A stretch of 64,000 bases of DNA, taken from positions 26,814,632 to 26,878,631 of the forward strand of contig NC_068994.1 in the NCBI RefSeq assembly GCF_001194135.2, read 5' to 3'. This DNA is from Octopus bimaculoides (lineage: Eukaryota). Below are positions 23,579 through 37,370 of this stretch, one piece after another (the first letter of the stretch is position 1; every line of letters begins with the position of its first letter). The notes below the pieces were generated by a model. It made no database searches. It worked only from the letters and a program-made list of their open reading frames with translations, and was not told the DNA's origin. The position numbers and the translations under genes were made by a program.

Positions 23579-23652
23579 CTGGGGAATATATGTGGTTCCC
23601 TTGTGGGATCGTCATTAATACAAAGAAAATAACCATCCCCTCACAACATGAG
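23579..23652 (+). CDS. Candidate internal exon xGEYMWFPCGIVINTKKITIPSQHE (phase 1-0)
   Basis: Acceptor cattctctattaatacag, donor GAG|gtgaga, single open frame, unique sequence. Confidence 0.35.
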
Positions 23653-25814
23653 GTGAGAATAGAAATTTTAATTTGAAATTATGAAATTACAAGGAAAAAA
23701 TGCATAGGGTTCGCCTATTTATTTTTTTGTGTGTGTGTGTTTACTTATGACTAGTGATTACAATTTTTAATTGGTAATAACCATGTATAGCATTATTTCA
23801 TTCTTTTTAGAAATCGTCAACACTTTGCTTGTTAATGAGACATTTCATTAAAATTAAAGATAGAATTAATTACAATTTGGAGAAAATTCATGAAATTTAG
23901 TTTGTTCTTTGCATTTACATACAGAATAATTGCAATTTTCAAAGGAAATTCTAGCAGCTGGTAATGTTATATTTTAAGCAACGAACACATATGTACCTAC
24001 AGAGGTGCAAGCATGGCTGTGTAGTTATGAAGTTCATTTCTCAACTAGTTGGTATTAAGTTCAGTCCCAATATGTGGCACTTTCAGCAACTGTCTTCTTC
24101 TGTAGCCACTGGTTGACCAAAACCTTATTAAAGGATTTCTAGATTGAATCTGAAAGAAGCCTGTTATACATGTTTGTTTGTTTGTGTGTGTGTGCTCGTG
24201 CGCGTGTGCATGCATGAATAGATAGTTATGTGTGCACACATGTGTTTCTGTATTTGTTTACATTTGTCATCATCATCATTATCGTCGTTTAACATCCGTT
24301 TTCCATGCTAGCATGGGTTAGATGGTTCGTCCAGGGTCTGGGAAGCCAGGAGGCTGCACCAGGCTCCAGTCTGATCTGGCAGTGTTTCTACAGCTGGATG
24401 CCCTTCCTAACACCAACCAGTCCGTGAGTGTAGTGGGTGCTTTTTATGTGCCACCGGCACAAGGACCAGGGGAGGCTGGCAACAGCCGCGATCGGTTGGT
24501 GCTTTTTACGTGCCACCGGCACAGAAGCCAGTCAAGGTGGCGCTGGCATCAGCACGGGTATCACAACTACATGTCACTGATACGGGTATCACAACTACAA
24601 TTTTCATTTGATTTCCATTTTGATGTTGATGTACTTGACTCAATAGGTCAATTTGTGCTTTCTGAAAATTGCTGTGCTACAAGTTTTGATGTTATTGTCA
24701 TTTCCCCTGGTAATTAATCCGCCATTGCTTTATGCCTTTGTGTGAAATAAGAGATCCCTTGCTTGAAAAATAGGAAGGGCATCCAAGTATAAAGCAATGC
24801 CTTAATAACATGTTCATCAAATTCATTCTTTCATAGAAAAACTGACATGAAAACAAGCAATGTATACGTATGTGTGTGTGTACGTATGTATGTGTGATTG
24901 ACTTGATTGTTATCAATTTCCATGTAGTTCTTCAAGACCTTCGATAAAACATACCATCAAATTAACCATATATTTCTTGATACGATCCTTCTGGTCACAT
25001 CCTTACTCCACCATCAAATTCTCTAACAATCAACAAATTTATCAAAAATATTTTGTTTATTCCAGTCATTGATTCATCTGTTTTTTTTTTTTTTTTCCAA
25101 TGTCACTGTTTGACTGTGTTGGTAGTGCTTTGAATTGGAATACCATTGCCATCATCACTGATGACATTATCAGCATCATCAGCAGTAGCATTATTATCAT
25201 CACCTTCAGCAGTATCAGTGCAATCATTCTTACATCTATCACTATCATCATTGATTGTAATAGCATTGTTATCATATCTGACAGTCTCTTCTTCCACTTC
25301 TCCTGTTTCCTTCATCTCTCTATTCTTCTTCTATCTCTACTTCCTCATCAGTCACATCTTGATCATTACCATCATCAATACTGACAGTCATTATTGCTTT
25401 CATTACTTTATCTCCAAAGCTATCTATGTTAGCAACCAGCCAGTGGCACATTATGGGTTGTGAAATTGTGGTATAGTACAGATAGTGGCATAGTGGTGTT
25501 GTGAATATTGTAATACAATCATATAGTATGGGCAGTGGTATACTGGTGTACTAAACATAATAATGTGTTGTAGACAATGAAACCTAGTGTGCAAAACATT
25601 CTATAAACTGATCATGTATTACTTTCCTTTTTCACTCTCCTTCCATACATCATCATTAATCTTTGTGGCTACACTTATATCTAATTATTTCATTTTCTAA
25701 GTTTTCCAAGTTTACTAAGTGTAATGTTCTGTGACGTTGATTTGCTCTGTTTCCTTTATTTCTTGATGCTTTATTTTCAACCAACTTTGCTATATATTAT
25801 TCTACTAATATTGC

Positions 25815-26135
25815 TATATACACTCTACCAACACTGGTATATACAGTCTTCTAACATAATTATATATGCTCTATCAACACTGATATGTACTCACCCATTA
25901 CAAGTATATAGACTGTACAAACATGAGTATAAACACTCTAACAACACCGGTGTATACCGTCTACCAAGACTAGTATATACATTACAAATACTGATGTAAA
26001 CAGTTTACCAACATTATCATATTGACTCTACCAATGCTGGTGTATACAGTTTAACAATAGTGATATGTGCACTCTAACAAGACTGATATATACTCTCTAC
26101 CAATACACTCTAACAACATTAGTATATACTCAATC
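25815..26135. repeat. Degenerate ~22-bp minisatellite (TATACACTCTACCAACACTGG-like)
   Basis: Roughly a dozen diverged units visible by eye. Confidence 0.75.
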
Positions 26136-26139
26136 TACC

Positions 26140-26690
26140 AACATCTTTGTTTTGCAGTGCTTCTCCCATGTTTGTCGATTTTTGCAATAGCTGAAATGAA
26201 GGAACAGCATACTTCCATGATATTCTGTTTTCTGCTGGGCTGGGGAAAACTCTGGCCAAAACAGTTGTCATGATTCAAATAGCTTACAAAGACACTGCCA
26301 TGAGGAAAGCACAAAATTATGAGTGATTTCCATGCTTTAGAAATGGTTACTTATCGCTTGAAGATCAACCTTGTTCAGGACAACTGTTGACCTCCCGAAC
26401 AAATAAAAACATCATGAAAATTCATGAACTGATCTTGGAGGATCGTCATTGAACAATTGACAAACTTGTTGATTTGACTGGAGCTCCTACCAATGAATTT
26501 TGAGCAAAGAATTGCGAATGAAAAGAGTTGGAGAAAATTTGTGCCTCACTTGCTCACAGAAGATCTAAAGTAGTCACAACTGAATGCATGTTGTGAACTG
26601 AAAGAACAGTTGGAAATTGATCCTGACCTTTTTCCAAAGGTGTCAAAAGCTGGTGCTACGGAATTTGCAGATGTGGAAGAGGTGAAAATA
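26140..26690 (+). mobile_element. mariner transposase N-terminal relic
   Basis: SLEDQPCSG, ILEDRH*TIDKLVDLT and KFVPHLLTED motifs; truncated. Confidence 0.75.
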
Positions 26691-27549
26691 CATAAAGCAA
26701 GGAAATACAAGCGTGATGATAAGAGACATTGGATATGATATAGATCCTTGGCTAGGTGTTAACATTGCAGTGAGAGCCAATGGAAAGTAACATGCGGTCA
26801 GGGTGCCTTAAAATAGATTTACAAACCTTAACGACCTCACAAAGCCAGAAAGCCATAGTAAAACTGTACCCAATTGAGGGAACTGAGACACAGGCCATGA
26901 TATTGATGCTACAGGACAAAAAGTATTGTTGATACATTTGTCATTTTAAGAGTCACTTCAGAACCCCTTGTCCTGAAGAACTAGAAAGACAGGTAAGAAA
27001 CCCAGAAACAAAAATAATGAAGGCTAGCAGAAACATTAACAATAGTAAGAAGTCTCAGCTTCTGGAGCACCCTCAATCAAAACTCTGAAAAAGCAGTAAA
27101 AATAATTTTATTCTCAGTCCTGGAAAGAAGTGAGTTATAATTCCATTGTCTAACAACAGAAACTAGTAACACCATCCTAACATCCTGTGATGAGGAAGAA
27201 ATACGAGGCTCACATGCTGAATTGGTAAAATAAAAACTTTTCTGGAGAGTTTCCAGTGACGAGTTCAAATGCAAATACAAAAGTAAGAAGGGTCAATCTG
27301 GGGATCAATTATTTAGACCTGCTGAACTGTAGGAGTAATGTTTGTGACAAGTAATGTTGTTATCTGTGTGACTGGATCTTGTAATATGGGTAAAATCACA
27401 GTACCATAAACATAGATGTATCCAAAGAAGTTGGTTGATAAAATAAAGTGATTGTTTCTTTCTTGAAAGACAAGGTCTTCCAAATGCCAACAAGCAAAAT
27501 GAAGATCAACATCATCATCCTCCTGCAAGCTGACAGCACTGTTTCTGCA

Positions 27550-27740
27550 TTTGACAAAATGCTTAGCAGTATTTCCTCCAGTTTTATTGTTCAAATTCTA
27601 CCAAGATTTTGCCTTTCATTCTTTTGGGGTGGGGAGCAATGAAATGAGTACCAGTTTAGCACTGGGGTAGATGTAATCAACTTGCCTCCTCCCCTAGACA
27701 TTTTTCAGGATTTGTGCCTAGAGTAGAAAGGGTTATTATT
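27550..27740 (+). mobile_element. SINE family B, degenerate
   Basis: AAATGCTTAGCAGTATTTC...GAGTACCAG...GGGGTAGATGTAATC and (TTA)n tail. Confidence 0.7.
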
Positions 27741-27779
27741 ATTGTGTTAATATTATTCACGGTGTGCACAAAGGTTTTA

Positions 27780-29790
27780 CATTCGCAATCGATGTCCTTG
27801 ATGCTGGGTTACAACCAGTTTCTTTAGATATTGACGTCTTTTCTTACAATCCTTACTGTTCCCAATAGAGCAGATTTCTGACTTAATGCTACTCTCATAG
27901 TTACACAACTTTCGATAAAGAAACTGTTAAGTGTGTTAGTGACAATACCTAGGGCACCTATAAGAACTGGGATTACTTTTGTAGAAATTTCTTACAGTCT
28001 TCACATTTCCTTAACCAAATCCTGGTATTTTCTTATTTTCTTCTATCTATTCTTTGACTGCTACATTCATGTCCACAGATATAGCCACATCTATGATGAT
28101 GCACTCTTTTTTCCCCCTTGACCCGAATGATAATATCTGGTTGCCTTGCATGAAGTTTGTGATTAAGTCTGTACATTAAAATTCCATAAAACCTTATGCT
28201 AGTCATTCTCTATTACACTATCTGGTTAACGTTAGTACCATTTTCTTCTTACTTTAAATCCCCTTTGCTGTAGCGTGTCCTAGTATAAGTGTCTTGGCCA
28301 CACAATTGTGTCTGCACCTATTTTCTTCTGGCTAAAGGACTCCATAATGGATTCCTCCTTCTCATTACATACTCTGCACTTTGCACTTTTCACAGAATGT
28401 CTGTTTTTGCCTTAATGATATTTGCTCCAATGACTGGCTTTGAGCAACCATTATGAGTCCTGTTTCTGAAGTTCTTTCTTCACTCATAACCAAGAATCAT
28501 CTGCTGCAATGCTTGTTTGAGATGCTAACCATGTAGTTCATTTCCCCAGATGTTTCCTTCTTGCTCTTGTTTTCTTTTTGTATTCCATTGCAGTCTCCAC
28601 AGCTTCTTTCTCCTCTCCACTTAAAGCTGAAATCAGTCTTTCTGAGTTGCTTCTCACATTCTCTTTTATATCACATTTTGCCATTCCTACACATTCTTCG
28701 ATTGGTATCACTCCTTTTCCCCCTCCTTCTATGGTATAACAATGAACACTGTCTCTGGTTTTACGATTTGCCTCTTAATTCTTCCTCAGTTCAGTTAAGG
28801 AAAGCTGCAGAATATCATATTAGAGACACCTCCCTTGTGTTTACTGCAGAGATGTTTTCCCTCCTTACAGTTTTGAGATATTCATTTCTCACTTCTTTGT
28901 TTTCTTGACAGAGACTTTTCTCTACATCCAACATATTTAGGCACTTGTAACTGTCACTCTCATTTATTGTTTGAATTGATGTCTAATCTCGGAGTTTAAC
29001 CTCTTCTGACTCAGATATTTTCCTTCTCATTAGCAGCACCACACATTTATCTATTCCAGACTCCTTACTAATGCCATCATTCACAACTATAACAGTCTGG
29101 ACTAATGAAACTAAAGCCTCTTCACTTTTGGCAAATAATTTCAAGTCATCCATAAACAGAAGGTGGTTTATTTTTTCACCACTGGTAAATCTAAGGCATT
29201 ATTTAGCCTCTCTGAAGATCAAAGTAAGAGGGATAAGAGCAATCATAAATAGCAGTGGTGAGAGTGTATCCCCTAGGGATATTTCCCATCTTATGCTGAC
29301 TTCACCTAACTAATCTTGACCTTGTGTTAGTATAGTTCTCCATTTTGGCAAACTGTTTGGTAAAAGCTGGACAACATTCTAAGCCATCTCAAATATATTG
29401 AGGCATTGTGCCTTTTAGTAATCAACCCATACAGTTGCTAAGAGTTTTTCCTGTCATTTGTTCCTAGAACCTTTCCTACATCCTTTCTATTCTTCTGGTA
29501 GTAGATCTCCCTCCTCAAGATACTTGTGTATATCCTTTGAAATAACACCGCTTAGCAACTTCCACATCAATGAAAGGCAAGTTACTAGTCAGTAGTTGCT
29601 TACAATATTTCTTTCATTTTTATCTTTCAATATCAACACTGTCCTGCCTTTTGTTATCCTTCATAAACATTTGTCTCAATACAACTATTTAGTTGTGTGC
29701 TCATTTTATCATGAAGTGCAGTGAAACATTTTAGCAAAAATCCCTGAACCAAATCTGATCCAGGGGGACTTCCAATTTTGGTAATCTGAC
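27780..29790 (-). mobile_element. R4/Dong-like RLE-type LINE relic
   Basis: Minus strand: TCLSLMWKLLSG, GDTLSPLLFMIALIPL, LFMDDLKLFAK, RQPDII, VIPVLIGALG, QKSALLGT. Confidence 0.85.
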
Positions 29791-29794
29791 AGAA

Positions 29795-30480
29795 TTGTTA
29801 GCATGTTGAGTATAATATGCTTAGTGACATTTTATCTGTCTTTATGTTCTGAGTTCAAATTCTGCTATGGTTGACTTTGGCTCTCATCCTTTCAGGGTTG
29901 ATAAAATAAGTACTAGTCGAGAACTGGAGTCACTGTAATTGACTTAAACCATCTTCCAAAATTGCTGGTCGTGTGCCAAAATTTGAAACCATTGTTGATA
30001 TTGCTGTTGTTACTGCTGATGCTGCTGTGGCTGTTGTTGTTGTTGTTGTTGCTGATGCTGCTGTGGCTGTTGTTGTTGTTGNNNNNNNNNNTGCTGATGC
30101 TGCTGTGGCTGTTGTTGTTGTTGTTGTTGCTGATGCTGCTGTGGCTGTTGTTGTTGTTATTGTTGTTGCTGATACTGCTGTGGTTGTTGTTGTTGTTGTT
30201 GCTGATGCTGCTGTGGCTGTTGTTGTTGTTGTTGCTGATGCTGCTGTGGCTGTTGTTAAGGTAGCGAGCCGGTAGAATCGTTAGCACACTAGGCAAAATG
30301 GTTAGCAACATTTTGCCTGTCTTTACATTCTAAATTCAAGTTTTGTCACGATCTACTTTCCTTTTCAGCTTTTTGGGGTCAATAAAATAAGTACCAGTTG
30401 AGGACTGGTGTCGATATAATCAACTAGCCCCTTCCCCAAAATTACTGGCCTTGTGTCAAAGATTTGAAACTATTATTATT
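29795..30480 (+). mobile_element. Two tandem SINE-B copies (29795-29992, 30258-30480) separated by a (GTT)n-GCTGATGCTGCTGTGGCT minisatellite
   Basis: Both copies share head, core and AAATTTGAAAC tail; about 7 units of 33-42 bp lie between them. Confidence 0.85.
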
Positions 30481-30494
30481 ATTGTTGTTGATTG

Positions 30495-31170
30495 AAAGAG
30501 CAGTGCATGCCATCAAAGTGACACTGGGGTAAAATATACGAAGCCCATTATACCCATCATGACTACCCGTCTGATAAGGGTACACCAGGCACATGCATCA
30601 TAACCATATGTATGTGACAGAGTGATCTCGTATCAAGATAAACAGTGCATGACTTTGCAGGTGGGACCCAGTTAGAATTTTCTTCAGCTCAAGTAGCCCA
30701 TCCCACTCAAAAGGTCCCCGAATAAGGATCGTTTAAGGATATTGAACAAAACACCCAGGGTTTCCAGAGGTGAATTATTCAAAGCCATCAAAATTCCTAT
30801 CGACACATGGCTATGATGCTTCATCACTACTTCTGCTCATGATCAGAGATGAACATATCATCAGTCACTATGGAACATGCTCAAGTGGTTAAGGTCAAAC
30901 AACTGACAAGCAATCTGTGGTATGGAGCTGAATATTTGCTGTAGCCCATCTTTTATACCAACACAAAACGTGTACATGATAACACTTCCAATCAGTTAAG
31001 ATCAAAAGCGATGAGAGCCACTGTCTGGTACTGCATCAAGGCATTTATTATTACTATCATTATTATTATTATTGAGTGAGAGAGCAGTGCATGCCATCAA
31101 AGTGACGCTGGGGTACAAATATATGATTCCCAATACACCCACCATGCCTACTTGTCTGATAAGGGTATAT
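30495..31170 (-). mobile_element. Interspersed family D element (~550 bp) inside (AAT)n, plus a partial second copy at 31075-31170
   Basis: Its end matches the reverse complement at 20975-21090; its start is repeated at 31075; ATT runs flank both sides. Confidence 0.7.
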
Positions 31171-32329
31171 CATCATCATCATTCATGCTTTGTTTTGGTA
31201 ATCAGATATTTCTTTTTTGACACAAAAACAAAGAATTGTGCGTATCTTCAAAACTATTCATAGGTTAAGGCATCAAAATGGAAAGTTATTAGAGTGTTGA
31301 ATATAATGTATTATGGTATTTGTTCTGATACCCTGTACTGTGAGTGCAAATCCATCAACATCAACTTTGCTTTTCATTCTTTCAAGATTGATAAAAAAAC
31401 AAAAGCACCAATGCATTGGATTGGCAGAACTATCAGAAGATCAAACAAGATGTCCTGTAGTATCTCTTCTGTCTCTTTCTATTTTAGCAGCAACACCTGT
31501 CTGCTGTGATACTGATGCTAAGGTGTATTGGACCAAAGTGGTGGCCTGTTCCTTGATTAAACATTTGTGTCATGGACAGGAGAGATTTGTTTGAATGGGC
31601 AACTGTCGTTTTTCTTCAAAAAGCCTTTCACTTACCTGAAGATATATGATCAGTCTCTCTTAACAGATGTTTGTTGTTATATTCAAATACTTTATAAGAA
31701 TGTGCTAACAATATTTGCAAACAAGGCATTGCTATTTTCTGTGCCAATTCTTCTAGATGACCTGGAAATGTCTTCACAGATGTGGTAGTGCATGATTGTA
31801 TTTTATATCAAGTTGAAATAAAATGATGAGCCTTAAGTATTTTGATACCACCTCACCTGAGACCATCTATGGGTTTATCATTACAAAACTGTCATTATTA
31901 AACTGTTTATATTCAAATTAAAACTCTGCATCAATTTGATGCCGGAACTTTTCATTAAATTGTTACAAACACCAGCTGGTAGTATCAATAAATGAAAAAG
32001 TTAGTTGTTTTACAGAATTCCACCAAAGTTTAAATTACTTTCAAAATCAATTGAAACATATAGTCACCATATTTCATTGATAGATATACAAATATGAAAC
32101 AGTTAGCTGTCATATTGTCTTCAGCAGCTGAGTGAGTGTCATTCCTTAACTTCATAATTTGCTTCTTCTTCATAATATTGCAGTCATTTATTGTTGCTAT
32201 GTATATTATCAAATTTATTCTTATAATTCTTTCTTCTTCTCATCCTTCAGTAAAATTTCATCTTTATTTTGTGTTTTTTTCTACCCAACCAAAATCAAAT
32301 CATTACAGTGTTTTGCATTTATTTTTGTT

Positions 32330-32789
32330 TTCTCTATAGAATATATTCTGTGGAACGTGAGTGAAGTGTCTTGTCATACTATTTTTTCTCCATGTTGTAT
32401 AATGGGGTGGAGTTATATATTTGTTGGTATCATTTGTTAATCATCCCAAAGGTATCTGTTGCTATGGCAATTGTTTCTGTTTTCAGTCCCTACATTTCAG
32501 TTATCTTTATTTCTTATTATTTATATTTTGACAGTTTCTCTCTTCTAGCAAAATATTGTCATCTGTTAAAACTGATACATGGATTAGAAGGTATTTGTTT
32601 TCTTTATAATCTTTGACAATAGTAATTAATCAATTTCCCTTAATGTTCCTGTCTGTGCGAAGTGGTGTGTCCCTGAATATCGTCCTGTGCTTTTCTTGGG
32701 AACTTTCTGGTGTATGTTTATACCAGCACTTTTCTGTTTGTCTTTTTTAATACTAGCATAATCCTCTGTCTTGGAAACCTCAGACTCTG

Positions 32790-32790
<1 letters not shown>
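32330..32790 (-). mobile_element. R4/Dong-like RLE fragment
   Basis: IVKDYKENKYLLIHVSVLTDDNILLEER...EITEM*GLKTETI, homologous to the 8140 fragment. Confidence 0.75.
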
Positions 32791-32834
<44 letters not shown>

Positions 32835-32882
32835 TGCACGCACGCACGCACCCATGCACACACACACACACACACACACACA

Positions 32883-34074
32883 CCATAAATAATGTGTTTT
32901 TTTTCAATTGCATAAACTAAAAGTCAGAGGCGGACGGGATAAGCCACCTGCATCAACTTGCTATAAAAGCAGGTAGAAATTTTACATTGTCCTTATTCTT
33001 AGTGCAAGTTTTGAAGAGTGCAGTTTGATTTTAACAGTTATTTTTCCAAAGGAAGTGACAAAGAAGCATATTTGGCATATTTTGCTTTATGCAGAATGCA
33101 ATGGAAAATGCAAGGAATAGTACTGCAGTATATGGGGATCAGACAATAAGTGTAAGCCAGTGTCAACAGTGGTTCCAGAAATTCTGAACCAGAAACTACA
33201 GCCTAGAAGACAAGCCTCATCCTGGAAGATCTCATCCTGCAAACCCTGGTGGAACAAAATCCCATTGTAATTGTTGAAGACCTAGCAGAGAAGCTTGGAT
33301 TTGATCATTCAACTATTCATCGACACCTGCATGCCATCAGAAAAGTTAGCAAATTGGGTCAATAGGTTCCTCACAAACTTTCTAAGCCTAATCTCACACA
33401 GAGTGTGAATGTGTGCTCTTCTTTGCTCTTCTTTGCTGTCACATCTCATGACTGGTATAAAAATGTGAAGTGCTAAAGATAGTGAGTAGGGAAAGGAGAA
33501 ACACTGGCACCCCAGGCTAAAGATGGTTTTCACCTATGTAAAGTGTTGTTATTTGTTTGGTGGGATATGAAAGGTTTAGTCTACTTTGAACTTTTAAACC
33601 AAAACCAAATGATAACAAAGAAGATCTACTGCAAGCAGCTTAAGTCAGCTCTAGAAGGAAAATGACCATCTTTTGTTTCAAGACGAAAGGTGTTCTTCCA
33701 TCAGGATAAAGCTCAGCCACATACAGTGAGGATGCTATTTGAAAGGCTGGAGCAGTTTGAATGGGAAACGATGCCCCACCCACCAGATTCACTGGACATT
33801 GCCCCATCTGATTATCATTTATTCTGCAGTCTTCAAAATCATTTGAGCAGAAAAAATATGAATTCTGTAGACGAGGTTAGAAGAGTACTGGAAGAGTATT
33901 TTTCATCAGGGACAAATGAATTTAAGAAGAGGGGCCTTGCAAGTCTACCAGACAGATGGAAGAGCATTGTAGAAAATGGAGAGTATATTTTAGATTGAAA
34001 AAGAACTTGGTTTATCTTAATTTTGTAAAATAAAAGAAGTATAAAAACCGCATTATTTATGGAATGACCTGATA
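32883..34074 (+). mobile_element. mariner (DD34D) element, near full length, decayed
   Basis: FHQDKAQPHT and PHPPDSLDIAPSDYHLF; right TIR ...CGCATTATTTATGGAATGACCTGATA|TA; left TIR partly erased by (CA)n. Confidence 0.92.
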
Positions 34075-34084
34075 TATACATATA

Positions 34085-35663
34085 CACTAGTGAACAAAAA
34101 AAAAGAGAACAATTAATATTTTTTTAAATGTCGGAAAAGCTAGCGAATGTACAAATTTGGAATTGGTTTGGTAAACACAGTTAACCATTAGCTAAATTCT
34201 CTGAAAAATCTTAGTTTGTACAATGGTCTTAATAAAAGTTAATAACACTAACACTAGTTTCTTCGAAATGTCTCATGAGCAAAATAAGAGAACAATTAGA
34301 TACCTTCAGAAATTTCTGGAAATTTTAAACACTGTTTACATTTGCAGACTCAATGTTACAACTGTCTCAGTATTGTGCTAGCTTCCAAACATGGCACACC
34401 ATGCTACAGTTACTCCCGACCACCGAAAAGAAATTGTCACCATGAAAGTTTCAGGAATGACTCTCTCAACTATTTCACGAGACATAAGGAGATCTAAGAG
34501 TGTAGTTTCATGTATTCTTAAGCTCTATGAAGAAACAAAAAGGCAACTGGTAGACCATGCAAAACCACCATGCAAGATGATCGAGTCATGAAACAGTATG
34601 TTTTGAAGGATCCTTTCGAGACTATGGCTGGAATTTCTAAGAAAATAAAAGTAAATAAAGGTACGGAAGTGAGCCACTTCACAGTTTTGTCATCTGAAAG
34701 AATTTGGATTAAAGACTTGTTCCCCAGCAACGAAACCTACCATCAACAAGAAGAACAAATTGGAAAGAATTTCATTTGCTGAAGCTCATGTGAACTGGAA
34801 GGATGAAAACTGGTTAAAAGTTCATTTTAGTGATGAAAGCAAATTCAATTTAGTAGGTTCAGATGGTAGACAGTATGTTAGGCGCTTCACAAGGTATTGG
34901 CTAAAATCCAAGTGCCTGAAGAAATCTGCCAAGTTTGGAGGAGGAAGCATCATGGTGTGGGAAATGATTTCTTCTGAAGGAGTTGGCCCTCTAATGTATA
35001 TTAAAGGGATTATTAATGCTAATATCTTTTGAATTTGGTTAAACAGCATGTCATCCCATCATTACAAGCATTTCTGAATCAGCCATGCATTTTCATGCAA
35101 GATAACACTCCCTGTCATATTGCAAAGTGTGAACAAAATATCCAAGTAATGAAGTGGCCAGCACAAAGTCCAGACTTAAATCCAATTGAAAACCTTTGGA
35201 AGATACTTGGAGACAAAGTAACACAAAGGGCACCAACTACCATGACGATTTATGGGAGATACTAGAAGAGAAATGGTAGAAAGTAATACCTAACTTGTGC
35301 AGGAAACTTGTTATGTCCTGTGGCAATCGATGTGCAGAGGTGATCTCCAACAAAGGTTTACAAACATCATACTAACTGTATTAAATTCATATTTACATTT
35401 CTTTCAATCATTATTATGGTTTTGAGTTAATTGAAGCATTTTTTGGTTTGATCGTTCTCTTATTTTGCACATGAGACATTTGGACAAAACTAGTATTAGT
35501 ATTATTAACTTTTAGTAAGACTGTTGTACAAACTTAGATTTTTCAGAGAATTTAGCTAATAGTTAACTGAATTTATGAAACCAATTGCGAATTTGTATGT
35601 TTATTAGCTTTTCCAAAATTTAAAAAAAGTGTTAAACATTCTCTTTTTTTTTGCTTGCTACTG
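34085..35663 (+). mobile_element. Tc1 element with long (~220 bp) IR/DR-type TIRs and TA duplication
   Basis: FSDESKFNL, SIMVWE, FMQDNTPCH, WPAQSPDLNPIENLW. TIRs ~34085-34300 and ~35450-35663 carry a repeated GAGAACAATT. Confidence 0.92.
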
Positions 35664-35674
35664 TATACACACAC

Positions 35675-35716
<42 letters not shown>

Positions 35717-36154
35717 TCTGTTCAGGTTAAAACTGTAAAGTTAAATAATGTGATTGGTTGTTTCTTTAAAACCTTCTGTTATTCGACAGTTACTTTCAGT
35801 ATTCTGCTTCCTTGCATGATTTTTTTGTTAAGTTTCTTGCAGGAAGAAGTCTTGCACTGCAACCAAAAACTCTTTGATTCCAACTTTGAATCCTGGATCA
35901 CCCAGTGTGTGCGAGATATTTTCCTGCTTTAATAGCATACCTGTATTGTCAAAAATGCCAACTGTTCTGTTAATAATAGAAAATGGTGCATCAAAACAAT
36001 GGGAGAAATCATTGATAAATGTCAGCAATCAAGTAAATATATGTGCATATACAGAATATACAGAATTCAGCTCAGTTTTGCTGATGTGGGCATGTCTTCT
36101 CAAGAACTTAGTTTCACTGACATGGGTGTGTCTTCTTAAGAACCTAATATTATA

Positions 36155-37370
36155 CAGGGTGCGTAAGGGATTTGAGGGCATACCATTTTTGGGTCATTGC
36201 TGCATTTTTTGCTAAATCTCTATAATCTTAGTTTCAGAAAATAATAATGGCAGACCCTCAGCTTGCTCAAGTAATGAAAAGGCATGCTGTTATTGGGGTT
36301 ATAAAGGCTGAGCATAGTGATTTAGAAATATCTCAATTTTTAAAATTTGCCATATCTTCCATCTGCAAAATTTGTAAGGAGCTAGGGACTGAAGATGGAA
36401 ATGTATCACAAGTATCAAAGGATAAAAAGTATTCTAAATGCTCTGAAATCATCAGAACACCTGAATTTATCAAACTAGTTCAACAGACCATTGATTACAA
36501 TCACAGAAAGCCCATGAGGTCAATTGCAAATGATCTCCATGTGTCAGAAGGAACAGTCAGAAATGTTGTCCATAAAGACATCAGATATGTCTTATATGAC
36601 GAGGAAAGGTCAGTTTGTCAGAAAAAGCAAAAGAAAATCAGTACATCAGATCTAAAAGGTTCTTAAACAAACTGAAAAATCCAGCAGAAGAAGATTTGAT
36701 TTGGTTTTTCTCAAACGAGAAAAACTTCGACCAAGATCAAAAAGTTAACAGAAGAGATGACAGAGGGTTATGTGCAGACCCTTCTGAAGTTCCAAGTGTT
36801 ATGCATACAAAATTTCCTGCAACTGTCATGGTTTTAGGGGTTGTCAGAATGAAGCACATGTAATGCCTCCTTACTTCTTTCCACAAGGCCTTAGAGTTAA
36901 CTCTGCCGCTACATTGAGGTCTTGGAAATAATTGTTAGGCCCTGGATAGACAGTGTATGCAATAGAAAACCATAGGTGTTTCAGTAAGATTCTGCACTAT
37001 CACACATGGCTCTAGTAACACAGGTATGTACAGCTGAAAATTTTCATGATCACATAACCCCTAACATTTGGCCTCCTAATTCTCCAGATCTCAATCCATT
37101 GGAGGATCGTTGAGAGAGAGGTCAATGAACATGCCCATAACACCAAAGATACTTTGAAAGCTGCCATAGTCAGAGTAATATCCAAAAGAACCAGGACTTC
37201 TTGATTCGAGCATGTAGATGATTTAGATCTCATATAGAAGCAGTTGTTGAAGCTGAAGGTGGCTTTATTAAATAACATTATAGAAAAAAAGGTTTATATT
37301 TATCCTCATAACATTTTTTGATAAATAAAGTTATTATCTGTTATTATATATTTGTTTTCTTTTTTAAACA
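36155..37370 (+). mobile_element. maT/DD37D-like Tc1-mariner element, decayed
   Basis: TA|CAGGGTG left end; HTH SIANDLHVSEGTVRNVVH, FFSNEKNF, VMVLGVV, WPPNSPDLNPL. Right end runs into an N gap. Confidence 0.85.

Noticed and set aside
24322-24717. 131-aa ORF ending FDVIVISPG, like a TrpG/PabA amidotransferase motif
   Set aside because: The ORF is mostly the antisense of an RTE 3' UTR; no other amidotransferase motifs are present.
35842-36030. Protein-like frames on both strands (EEVLHCNQKLFDSNFESWITQ; GDPGFKVGIKEFLVAVQDF)
   Set aside because: There is a good + strand acceptor but no convincing donor before the stop; cannot choose a strand without RNA data.
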